A stretch of 64,000 bases of DNA. Origin: a virus. Positions 37,575 to 46,329 of this stretch are shown here, piece by piece. The number at the start of each line of letters is the position of its first letter. Within the stretch, counting starts at the first letter, position 1. Below the pieces are notes generated by a model. The model was not told the origin of the DNA, made no database searches, and saw only the letters and a list, made by a program, of their open reading frames with translations. The DNA is taken from positions 29,466 through 93,465 of the IMG/VR virus record IMGVR_UViG_3300046512_000174; one strand, 5' to 3'. A program made the translations under genes and the position numbers.

Positions 37575-40500
37575 ATGACCGAACTTATCGCTGCTCCGGC
37601 AGGCCAACGTCGTGTGGCGCTGCTCATCAAAGCCAAGATCGCCCATCAGGCCGGTTACTACCTGCTGAACGGCCGCTGGCACTCCATCCACCAGCACAAG
37701 CCGGCGCCAAAGGGTGTCCCGGTGGCCGCGCACCCGAAGGCCGCGCATGCCGAGCATGTGAAGCCTTTCCCGTTGCCAGACGAGCAGGTCGAAGCGCTCA
37801 AGCTGCCGCCTGAGAACGTCAACTCCGGCACGTACAACAAGCAGCTCGACAGCCTGCTCGGTTACGCGGCCAACGGCGATGCCACGGCGATCCTCGGCAT
37901 GAACCTCGGCACCAACACCTACGGCAAGAAGTTGGCGAAAGTGGCCAACTACCTGCTGCAAGGGATGGGCGTAACCGAGGAGTATCAGGTCGCACCCGGT
38001 CAAAAGGCTGGTGAGCACCACGCGGTCAAGCAGACCCCGGCGCCGGTCGAGACGACTGCTCCGGCAGCGAATGAACCAGTGATCGCCGCTGCGGCGGTCA
38101 TCGAGGCCGCCAAAGCCGACGAGCCTGTGGTCGAGGCCGTTGTCGAGGCGCCTGCCGCACCGTTCATGGCTTACCCGTCGTCCGGTCCACTGGCCATGCC
38201 CGAGTTCGTTGAAGGCAAAACCACCACCGGCGTCGTGGATTACTACCAGACTCAGGCGATGAAGGTCATCGACATGGCAGAGTCTGGCGACCTCGACGGT
38301 CTGGTCCAGATGAAGCAGTCCGGCATGGTGCCGAACAGCAAGGGCAAAATCAGCAATACGTGGGCGGGAAAGACCGAGAACAGCAAAAAGCTGATCGCAC
38401 TGCACGACAACGCGGTCGAGCTGACTGTTGAGAACGCCCTTGATGCGCTGCCACCAGTTGCCGCCGTCGCAGAGCCAGAGCCGGTCGTGGTTGAAGCGCA
38501 AGTGGTCGCCGCCCCGGTCGTCAACACTGACCTGACATCGCAGATCCCGTGGGAAAAACTCAGCTCGCCTGAGACCAAGGGTGACGGCTCGCCGAACAAG
38601 GAAGGGATCAACGCCAACAAGAAACTGGCCGCGATCAAGGCCGCTGCCGAGGCTGGCGATATCGCCACGCTCGAAGGCATGAAGTTCGGGATCAACACCT
38701 ACGGCAAGAAACTCAATCAGGCCAAGGCGATCGCGCTGGCGTCGCTTGAGGTAATCCCGGCAGCGCCTGAACCTGTCGCAGTGGTTACCGCTCCGGTTAC
38801 CCCGCCGCCAAACACGCTTGCCATGCAGCTGGCAGACGCGAAAGGCCCGCTGGGCAAAATGGCCGTGGCTGAGCAGCACGTCGTCAAGAATGGCAAGTCG
38901 CCCGAGACCTACAAGCAGATCGCAGAGGCACATGAAGATCTGGGCAATGCCGACTCTGCCGAGCACTGGAACGCCAAGGCTGTCGATCTGGTGACCATGA
39001 ACGTCCTGTCTGGCGCGATGGCGGCAGACGGCACCGTCAATGGATCCACCAAGATCGCGGTTGAGCACATCCTGAACAGCGCTGATTCGCTCAAGGCTCA
39101 GGCTCAGGCTATCGACGCGCTCAATGAGCACGGGCATACCGGCGCTTCCAAGGCGATCCAGATGGCGATGGATGCCACGCTGCTGGATACCTTCAAGACC
39201 AATGTTTCTGCCAGCGACGAAGAGCATGAAGCGATGGCCGTGGCCAAAGATTATCTGGCTACCGGCGGCCCGTCGGCAGCCAAGGTTGACCACATCATCT
39301 CCACGCTCGAGGAGAACGGTTTCACCACCGGTGCTCAGGAATACAAAGAGGCCTACGGTCTGGACGAGGGGCCGAACGATGGCGACACCAAGCAAGGCGC
39401 TGATGGCCAGCTGGTGTTCCAGAACGGGCGCTGGCACAAGGTCAAGACTGACGATGCGGAAGCCGCTCCGGTACCGCTGAGCGCGATCGAGCATCAGGCC
39501 GTGATGGGCTACCTCAACAGCGCCGAGGCCGATGAGCTTGAACACGCTGCCGGTAAGGCCATTTTCCAGACCTTGTCCGAGGAGGAGAAACAGGCGCTGA
39601 ACGTCGAGGCTCTGAACTCCAAGCCAAAAGCTGAGCTGCATCCGCTGGACGCCATTCCGCTGCCAGATCTGTCGCACCACCTGACGCAGGCCGGTGTCGA
39701 CAAGGTCATGGCCGGGCTTGAAAAGCTAAAGGAGAACGCGAAGACCGAAGGCGCCAGCGCTTTCAAAGGCACGCTGAAGAAAATGTCGGCAAGCGGCAAG
39801 CTGATCACCAAGCTGCCGGGGAAATACGGCAATTTGTCGCTGAAAGTCGTCGGGTATGCGAACAGCCCTGAGCACTATGGAACTCTGGTTCACCAGTACG
39901 TTGAAGACCTGAAGACCGTGGCTGGCGGAAAGAACGTGAAACCCAAGCCGGCAACCGCCCCGGCACCGACGCCGCAGCCATATGGCCAGCCGCCGATCGA
40001 GTCGATGGACAACTGGAAACAGGTCGGCCCGCAGGGCGGCTCCAACCCGGGCGGCAAGTTTGTCGATGAGGCTGGGGTTGAGTGGTACTGCAAGTTCCCG
40101 AAAAGCGAGGACATCGCGAAGTCCGAGGTGCTGGCAGCCAAGCTGTACGGCGCCGCCGGGATTGAAGCGCAGGACGCCAAGCTCATCACCAAGGATGGCA
40201 AGATCGGTATCGCCAGCAAGTGGGTCGACGTCACCAAGGCGCCGGCTGCCGCTCTGGCCAAGGCTGATGGCGCCGCCGCCGGGTTCGCGGTCGATGCGTG
40301 GCTGGGCAACTGGGACGTGGTCGGTCTGGAATACGACAACCTGCAGCTGGATTCGAGCGGCAACGCCGTGCGCGTCGATGCTGGCGGCTCGCTCGAGTAC
40401 CGTGCGCAGGGAGGCAAAAAGACCTTCGGCGATACCGTGCTTGAGATCGACAGCCTGCGCGACAGCAAGATCAACCCGCAGTCGGCGAAGGTCTTTGGAA

Positions 40501-41744
40501 AACTGTCGCAGGCGGACATCACCGCGTCAGTGGCGAAAGTCTTGAAGGTCAGCGACTCGCAGATCTACTCGATGGTCAACGCCTACGGCCCGGGTACTCC
40601 CGAGGACAAGAAAAAGCTCGCGGAAACCCTGATCGCGCGCAAGGCTGACCTGCTGGCCAAGTACCCGAAAGCCAAGAAGACAAAGGTCATCACTTTCAAG
40701 CCGGAAAAGATCAGCGAGCCGCCGAGCTTCATGAGCTGGGGCAGCAGCGGCGCACCCGGCCCGTCGAGCAAGCTGTTCCTCAACGAAGCCAACGAAGCGG
40801 CCGTGCAAGCGATCTACGCGGCGGCCAAGACCGGCAGCGCGGACGCAGTCAAGGCTCTTAGCGCTGACACGTTCAACAAGAACACCGGCGAGGTCATCGG
40901 CAGCGCGCCGGTACTCGATCACCCATCGCAGCACGTAAAGGGTTACGCACAGCAGGCGCTCAACGAGATTCATCACCAGATGAATCCGCCGAAGCGCTTC
41001 CGGTTCGAGGGTGGCCACCCGCTGCACTCGCTCAACAGCGCCTATCCTTCGCACAAAGGCCCGCCGCACAGTGACGCGGTCGAGAAGGTCGGCAAGTTCC
41101 TCATGCTCGGCAGCCCGGGGATCGTATCGCTGGATGCGCTGGCACTGCCGAAGATCACCCACGCCAGCGGTGCATTGACCAAAGCGACTTATTCCCCTGC
41201 TGCACAGGCCGCGCTCAAGCAGATGCCGGAAACCCAGAAACAGGCGATCAAGTCATACACCGGCAGCGGTTATGGCAACATGAACAGCTCACTGTGGACC
41301 GGCAACCCGAGCGGTGCCGCCAAGTCTGCTGGCGAGGCGTTGCACGCGCTTGGGCATGAGATTGCGCCCGGCACCGTGCTGTCACGAAAGCTCAGTGTGC
41401 ATGGCACGGCGCTCGACCAGATCCTCAAGTCGGCTGGCAAGGTGCTACAAGAGCCGGCTATTATGTCGACATCCATTCGCCCTTCATCGTGGTCGGGCAA
41501 CGTGCATCTAAAACTGCATGTTGGCCCGGGCGTGAAAGGCCTTTGGGTTGGCCCGGGTTCCACCGGCGGTAAAGGCGCGCTGTCGCTGAACGCCGGTGAG
41601 GACGAACTGATTTTGCCACCGAACACCCGACTGCTGATCATGTCGGTAAAACATGCGGGAGGCGGCGACTCTGATGGGTTCGGCACCGGCTCCAGTCACA
41701 TTGTCGAGGCAGTAATTCTGCCAACCCAGCAGGCGGCCTCATGA
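37575..41744 (+). CDS. Polyvalent virion protein: repeats + HipA/PI3-4K-like kinase + VIP2-type ADP-ribosyltransferase
   Basis: Kinase-like GGSNPGG, WYCKF, SEVLA, DAWLGNWD, RVDAG; ART SYTGSGYGNMN, SRK, MSTS, GEDELILP (R-S-E); leaderless late promoter at 37554. Confidence 0.8.
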   Translation: MTELIAAPAGQRRVALLIKAKIAHQAGYYLLNGRWHSIHQHKPAPKGVPVAAHPKAAHAEHVKPFPLPDEQVEALKLPPENVNSGTYNKQLDSLLGYAANGDATAILGMNLGTNTYGKKLAKVANYLLQGMGVTEEYQVAPGQKAGEHHAVKQTPAPVETTAPAANEPVIAAAAVIEAAKADEPVVEAVVEAPAAPFMAYPSSGPLAMPEFVEGKTTTGVVDYYQTQAMKVIDMAESGDLDGLVQMKQSGMVPNSKGKISNTWAGKTENSKKLIALHDNAVELTVENALDALPPVAAVAEPEPVVVEAQVVAAPVVNTDLTSQIPWEKLSSPETKGDGSPNKEGINANKKLAAIKAAAEAGDIATLEGMKFGINTYGKKLNQAKAIALASLEVIPAAPEPVAVVTAPVTPPPNTLAMQLADAKGPLGKMAVAEQHVVKNGKSPETYKQIAEAHEDLGNADSAEHWNAKAVDLVTMNVLSGAMAADGTVNGSTKIAVEHILNSADSLKAQAQAIDALNEHGHTGASKAIQMAMDATLLDTFKTNVSASDEEHEAMAVAKDYLATGGPSAAKVDHIISTLEENGFTTGAQEYKEAYGLDEGPNDGDTKQGADGQLVFQNGRWHKVKTDDAEAAPVPLSAIEHQAVMGYLNSAEADELEHAAGKAIFQTLSEEEKQALNVEALNSKPKAELHPLDAIPLPDLSHHLTQAGVDKVMAGLEKLKENAKTEGASAFKGTLKKMSASGKLITKLPGKYGNLSLKVVGYANSPEHYGTLVHQYVEDLKTVAGGKNVKPKPATAPAPTPQPYGQPPIESMDNWKQVGPQGGSNPGGKFVDEAGVEWYCKFPKSEDIAKSEVLAAKLYGAAGIEAQDAKLITKDGKIGIASKWVDVTKAPAAALAKADGAAAGFAVDAWLGNWDVVGLEYDNLQLDSSGNAVRVDAGGSLEYRAQGGKKTFGDTVLEIDSLRDSKINPQSAKVFGKLSQADITASVAKVLKVSDSQIYSMVNAYGPGTPEDKKKLAETLIARKADLLAKYPKAKKTKVITFKPEKISEPPSFMSWGSSGAPGPSSKLFLNEANEAAVQAIYAAAKTGSADAVKALSADTFNKNTGEVIGSAPVLDHPSQHVKGYAQQALNEIHHQMNPPKRFRFEGGHPLHSLNSAYPSHKGPPHSDAVEKVGKFLMLGSPGIVSLDALALPKITHASGALTKATYSPAAQAALKQMPETQKQAIKSYTGSGYGNMNSSLWTGNPSGAAKSAGEALHALGHEIAPGTVLSRKLSVHGTALDQILKSAGKVLQEPAIMSTSIRPSSWSGNVHLKLHVGPGVKGLWVGPGSTGGKGALSLNAGEDELILPPNTRLLIMSVKHAGGGDSDGFGTGSSHIVEAVILPTQQAAS

Positions 41745-42241
41745 ACGAACAACTGAACCACCACAACGACGCGGCCGGGCTTGTACAGTCGGCCGAGCAA
41801 GCATCAGGCCCGCTGCCTTACCTTGGCGACCTGCACGACGTCGACCAGATCCTACGCAAGATGACCGAGGACGTCACCGGGCGCTTTGCAGCGGTTGGCC
41901 GTGGGCAGATGCCGCAGCAGGAGGCCGCAGAAGCCGATCAGGCCGCGTGCATCCGGATGGGCGAGGTCTTTGATGGTCAGGATCTCGGATACAACTCAAT
42001 CGAGCACTGGAACGGCAACGGACTGGCCAACTACATCCGCAATCGGATGGGCGAGACCGTGCAGCCCGCAGAGGACGATGAGCAGATCATCACGCAGGCC
42101 TTCGCCATGTTCGTTCACCAGATCTATGGTGCGATCAACGAGGCCGGCGCAAACCCGGACGAGGCGAAGCTGGCCGAGACACTGAACGAAAATATCCGTT
42201 CGTTTACATGGGTGCTGATCGGGATCGAGTCCAATGAGTAG
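41741..42241 (+). CDS. Acidic helical protein of unknown function
   Basis: 166 aa, overlaps both the ART gene and the Nudix gene. Confidence 0.75.
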   Translation: MNEQLNHHNDAAGLVQSAEQASGPLPYLGDLHDVDQILRKMTEDVTGRFAAVGRGQMPQQEAAEADQAACIRMGEVFDGQDLGYNSIEHWNGNGLANYIRNRMGETVQPAEDDEQIITQAFAMFVHQIYGAINEAGANPDEAKLAETLNENIRSFTWVLIGIESNE

Positions 42242-43034
42242 TTCCTTCGAGGCCCAGATGGGCATGCTGTTCGGCGAGGTTCCGGCTGCCGAGGTTCTGG
42301 CCAAGTCGAATGTGCCCGGCTACACGCGCCGCGACGGCACCTATGTTCGCCCCCATCGCCGCGCTGGCGAGGCTGTGGCCACTGCGGCAGCGCATCCGCA
42401 CCCGCGACCGGGCGAGAAAGGCGAAAAGGTCCTGATCAAGGATCCGCACCATGCCTCGACGCCAAGTACTTGGCACCACCCGGATGCGGTCGCGACCTTT
42501 GTGCCTGATGGCGATGTCCCGAAGTCTATCAACGGCATCGGCCTGCGCGAATGGACCGATCACCCGCAAACCAGCGAAGGCTGGGATTATGTGGATGGGC
42601 AGGCCGATGACCTGATCGAACCGCCATTCCACCTGTCGCCCGGCAAGAAAGCTGCGTCCGGCGTGATCATCGAAGAACCCGACGGTCGCGTCTGGCTGAT
42701 CCATCCGACCAACCAGTTCGGCGGATACGAGGCGTCGTTCCCCAAGGGCACCGCCGAACCTGACCTGTCGCTGCAGGCCAACGCCATCAAGGAAGCGTTC
42801 GAGGAGACTGGGCTCAAGGTCGAGATCACCGGGTTCCTCGGCGATTACTCACGCACCACGTCGGTCGCGCGCATGTACACCGCCAAACGCGTCGGCGGGA
42901 CGCCGGTGAATATGGGCTGGGAAACGCAGGCCGTCTCGCTGGTGCCGAAGGCGCATCTGTACGAGCAGCTGAACATGCAATCCGACTACGGCATCGCCGA
43001 AGATATCGGCGCGACTGATGGCGGCAAGAAATAA
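42234..43034 (+). CDS. Nudix hydrolase with N-terminal LAKS/GYTRRDGT segment
   Basis: Variant Nudix box FPKGTAEPDLSLQANAIKEAFEETGL. Confidence 0.85.
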   Translation: MSSSFEAQMGMLFGEVPAAEVLAKSNVPGYTRRDGTYVRPHRRAGEAVATAAAHPHPRPGEKGEKVLIKDPHHASTPSTWHHPDAVATFVPDGDVPKSINGIGLREWTDHPQTSEGWDYVDGQADDLIEPPFHLSPGKKAASGVIIEEPDGRVWLIHPTNQFGGYEASFPKGTAEPDLSLQANAIKEAFEETGLKVEITGFLGDYSRTTSVARMYTAKRVGGTPVNMGWETQAVSLVPKAHLYEQLNMQSDYGIAEDIGATDGGKK

Positions 43035-43109
43035 CTGCACAGTCATTGCGGCATTGCTCAAATATGATTAAGATGGCCCTACGTTAACCAAACACGAAGG
43101 GCCATTATC

Positions 43110-43469
43110 ATGTGGGTATGTATTTCAGATGCGTTTCTCTCGATCGTTCACAAAGACTGCGCGCCAGATGAGCTGCTGGTGCGCGCACGCCGTCAAGGCG
43201 ATATCAAAAAGCTGATCCCCTGCGCTACCGAGACCAAAACCGTCGGCAACGACTATCTGTATCGCGCCGTGGTCAAGCGCGCCGTTGTCGCCGAAGCGCT
43301 GACCAAACTGGCGATGTCGACCATTGACTACGACAACTTCAAAAACACTGTCCGCGACAACAAGCTGCACTCGGCATTCAACCGCATCTGGCATGTGATG
43401 GCCGACATGCAGGTCATAGCGCCCTACAGCCGCCCAATCAAAACACGCCAACGCTCATTGCTCAAATAA
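43110..43469 (+). CDS. Conserved phage protein
   Basis: LLVRARR, DYLYRA, IDYDNFK; operator at 43054-43071 upstream. Confidence 0.75.
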   Translation: MWVCISDAFLSIVHKDCAPDELLVRARRQGDIKKLIPCATETKTVGNDYLYRAVVKRAVVAEALTKLAMSTIDYDNFKNTVRDNKLHSAFNRIWHVMADMQVIAPYSRPIKTRQRSLLK

Positions 43470-43510
43470 GAGCATTCGGCTTACACTCGCCTGAAATTAA
43501 GGGGGCATCA

Positions 43511-44167
43511 ATGAGCTTCGAAGTGTACTACTCAACCCGCGACCCGGAAGCGCTCGCCATCCATGACAAGGTCATGGCCGCAAAGCTTGCGTGGCAGGAG
43601 GATGCACTCAAGGTAGTCAATGACCTTGGGTTCGGCGCCTACAGGACTGCTGATTTTGGCATCGTGTACGGATTCCTGTTGAAGTGCGAGGCTGGTGATA
43701 AGCGCTACACCGGTCCAGAGATCGAAGGCTTCAAAGGCGGTAAGCGCGTCGGCGGTCTCGGCGCTCAGTGGTTCGAATACAGCATCCATGGCAAGCACGC
43801 AAAGACGAAGGATCTCCACACTATCGTTGGTGACCTGCACGAACGCCATGCCCAGCCAGAAAGCAGTCAAGGGTTTGGTGTGCGCACCGCAGAAGGCATT
43901 GTCTGCGATCGTCTATCCGTTATGGCTCAATGCCTGAACGGTAATCGCCTTGCCGTCAGCCAGCTCTGGATGATGGACGATCGCGAGATCTGCATTCAGG
44001 TGCCGGTCGAAAAGAAAAAAGGCGTCTGGATTCTTCCGCAGCTGAGCGGCATCTGGACTGAGTTGACCACCAGCCAAATGGTCGAGCGCTTCAACCGGCA
44101 TAACGCCGCCGTGGCGTCGGGCGCGGAAACCGAGTCAGAGTTTGAATTTGAGGATGACAGCGAATGA
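43511..44167 (+). CDS. Hypothetical protein
   Basis: 218 aa; operator/promoter at 43458-43487. Confidence 0.7.
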   Translation: MSFEVYYSTRDPEALAIHDKVMAAKLAWQEDALKVVNDLGFGAYRTADFGIVYGFLLKCEAGDKRYTGPEIEGFKGGKRVGGLGAQWFEYSIHGKHAKTKDLHTIVGDLHERHAQPESSQGFGVRTAEGIVCDRLSVMAQCLNGNRLAVSQLWMMDDREICIQVPVEKKKGVWILPQLSGIWTELTTSQMVERFNRHNAAVASGAETESEFEFEDDSE

Positions 44168-44874
44168 ATGGCGAAGAAAAACCGCTGGATCTGCGCGTGC
44201 TGGGCATGGCTGCCACGCTCGCAGAGGGCGTTTATAAGGACGATTGGGAGAGCGCGGCGCAGGTCGGCGCAGTACCTTACGGCGTCCATCAAGTGGTGAT
44301 GAGCGGCGGTGACATGATCGCACACTGCCCTGACAACTCACCGCGCAGCTCAATCTTGGCCGAGTACATTGCCAGTATGACACCGCAGGTTGCCATGCGG
44401 CTGATCCGTGTCGCCGAAGCGAGCAAACGGCTGAGCGAGAACCTGCGCATATCTCAAGGCCTTGCAGCTGCAAATGTCACCTCGGTCAAAATCAACCCGG
44501 GCGACGTGCTTATCATCCGCATCGCTGAAAGTGAAGGGCCGACGACACACGACCACTTCGCTGAGCTGGCGCGCAACCTGAGCCATCATTTCCCGCCGGG
44601 TACTCCGGTGCTGTTGACCAACGATATCGACATCAGCGCGCTGAATGAGGAAGCGATGCGCAAGGCTGGGTGGGTGAAAGAGCCGCAGTGGAACCCCATG
44701 AGCGAGGCGCCTCCTTTTCCGTTCTCTGGCGATATTTGCCTGACTAACGGACGCGTTATCAAAAATGCCTCTTGGTGCTCAGGGTATTGGACGTCGACTT
44801 ACAAGCCGTCGACCTTTGAGGCTCGTCAGGTTTCGCACTGGCGCCATCCGACGCCGGAACCAAAAAAACCCTGA
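44164..44874 (+). CDS. Mosaic phage protein
   Basis: 236 aa; stop is the TGA of element copy 7. Confidence 0.7.
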   Translation: MNGEEKPLDLRVLGMAATLAEGVYKDDWESAAQVGAVPYGVHQVVMSGGDMIAHCPDNSPRSSILAEYIASMTPQVAMRLIRVAEASKRLSENLRISQGLAAANVTSVKINPGDVLIIRIAESEGPTTHDHFAELARNLSHHFPPGTPVLLTNDIDISALNEEAMRKAGWVKEPQWNPMSEAPPFPFSGDICLTNGRVIKNASWCSGYWTSTYKPSTFEARQVSHWRHPTPEPKKP

Positions 44875-44949
44875 TCCTCAATCAGGTATTGCCAAAGTAA
44901 AATCAACCACTTACAAACAATTCAGCAATTCAGGGCGCAGATAGGGCGC
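44869..44949 (+). repeat. Composite IR + DR element, copy 7, with IHF consensus
   Basis: CCCTGA-TCCTCAA-TCAGGT; AATCAACCACTTA at 44901-44913 matches WATCAANNNNTTR; GGGCGC-AGATA-GGGCGC at 44933. Confidence 0.8.
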
Positions 44950-44970
44950 CCAGACAACAAGGAGCGCCAC

Positions 44971-45315
44971 ATGTCCGAGCAGGAACAGAATCAAGATCAG
45001 GGAGCCAAGCCGGGTTTGCAAATGGTCTCGGTAACGCATGAAGCGTCGATGGCGATCGGCGACGATGGCCGCGCGGTGATCGTGAAGCGTTTGGCCGATG
45101 GCGGCTATCACTTCGAGTGGATCAAGCCTGACCCCGGCAATGGTGCTGCCAATATCGGAACGCGCATTTCACTGAGCCAAGAGGCGCTGGAGGCCACGCT
45201 CGAATGCCTGTTTGGTATCGACAATTCCATTCAGAAGCAAAATGCCGAGGGCCAGCTCGCCAGCGCTGTGCAGTCCGAAGTTAACGACGCACCAGAACAG
45301 GAAGTCCATCAATGA
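44971..45315 (+). CDS. Hypothetical protein
   Basis: AAGGAG RBS right after the DR. Confidence 0.7.
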   Translation: MSEQEQNQDQGAKPGLQMVSVTHEASMAIGDDGRAVIVKRLADGGYHFEWIKPDPGNGAANIGTRISLSQEALEATLECLFGIDNSIQKQNAEGQLASAVQSEVNDAPEQEVHQ

Positions 45316-45839
45316 GCTTCGTCATCAATGGCTATACCCTAAACCAGCGGCAGTGCGACGCGATCGTTCCTGTGATGAACCAGCTGATGCAAGGCAAGGT
45401 CAAGCAGAAGAACTTTGAAGCGAAGTGCATCGAAGCGCTCGAGGCCGCAGGGTGCGCTCTTGGCTACGACACCACCATGCCCGGCGCCGATAAGTCGATC
45501 ACCGAGCGCGCACAAGCGTGGATCGTGAATGGGCGAGTCGGCATGTCGTCGCGGTCGATTTATTGCCACATGATGGGCGTCGAGAACAAGCGAGGCTGGG
45601 ATTATCCGTTAGACCCGGACGACTTGAATCGCTGCCTGTTGCTGCTCGACCTGATCCCCGAGTGGAAGGTCCGCATGTGTGAAATGTCGACTCGCGGCAA
45701 GGAGTGGGCAGGCCTTGCAGAGAAATGGGCAGAGATCTCGGCGTGCTTTATCGACGAGGTCGGCCTGAACTGGTCGCATGGTGACAAAGCCGGGCGCACT
45801 TACGCCATGATGAAAGAGGCTCAGAACAAATGGCGCTGA
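45312..45839 (+). CDS. Conserved phage protein
   Basis: GMSS...YPLDPDDLNRCLLLL..IPEW. Confidence 0.75.
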   Translation: MSFVINGYTLNQRQCDAIVPVMNQLMQGKVKQKNFEAKCIEALEAAGCALGYDTTMPGADKSITERAQAWIVNGRVGMSSRSIYCHMMGVENKRGWDYPLDPDDLNRCLLLLDLIPEWKVRMCEMSTRGKEWAGLAEKWAEISACFIDEVGLNWSHGDKAGRTYAMMKEAQNKWR

Positions 45840-46329
45840 GCACTGTAGAGCACCACATCCTGCGCCTCAGTGCGCAGAAAGGGCGCCTCTACTACTTCCA
45901 AGGAAACTTTTTTCATCCGATGGATCTGGTCGGCGACTCGATCGGCAAGGTCAAGCGCGGGATTCGAGAATTCATGCGCGATAACCAGCAGCTGGTGGAC
46001 GCCGATCGGTCGAGTCCTGACTATCGGACACTGGTTCAACTTGGTGAGGCTACATCATGAAACGCCGAATCGTCTGGAGCTGCCGGCCAATGCCATACGG
46101 CTTCCATATACTGGCCACGGCGCCGGTGTCCGGTAAGTCGCTGGATATCAACGTCGCGCTCGATGGTCAGCTTTGGAAGGAAGCTAAGAGCCCGGTTGCT
46201 CTCATGGCTGATCTGACAAAACAAGTCGAGAAGACGTTCGACGCCATCGACAGCTACATTCCTTCCGGCACTACCCGCCACTAAACCATCCGGGCAGGGG
46301 TGGCGTCGTCGTGACGCCATCCTTTCCCG

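Noticed and set aside
37518-39680. 720-aa minus-strand ORF and other long antisense ORFs (e.g. 59102-60307, 50993-52126, 17501-18637)
   Set aside because: Shadows of GC-biased real genes on the opposite strand; no motifs or RBS
20521-44949. Classical integron attC or Xer dif sites as the identity of the seven repeats
   Set aside because: No GTTRRRY/RYYYAAC ends, no long attC palindrome, no XerC/XerD 11-6-11 consensus
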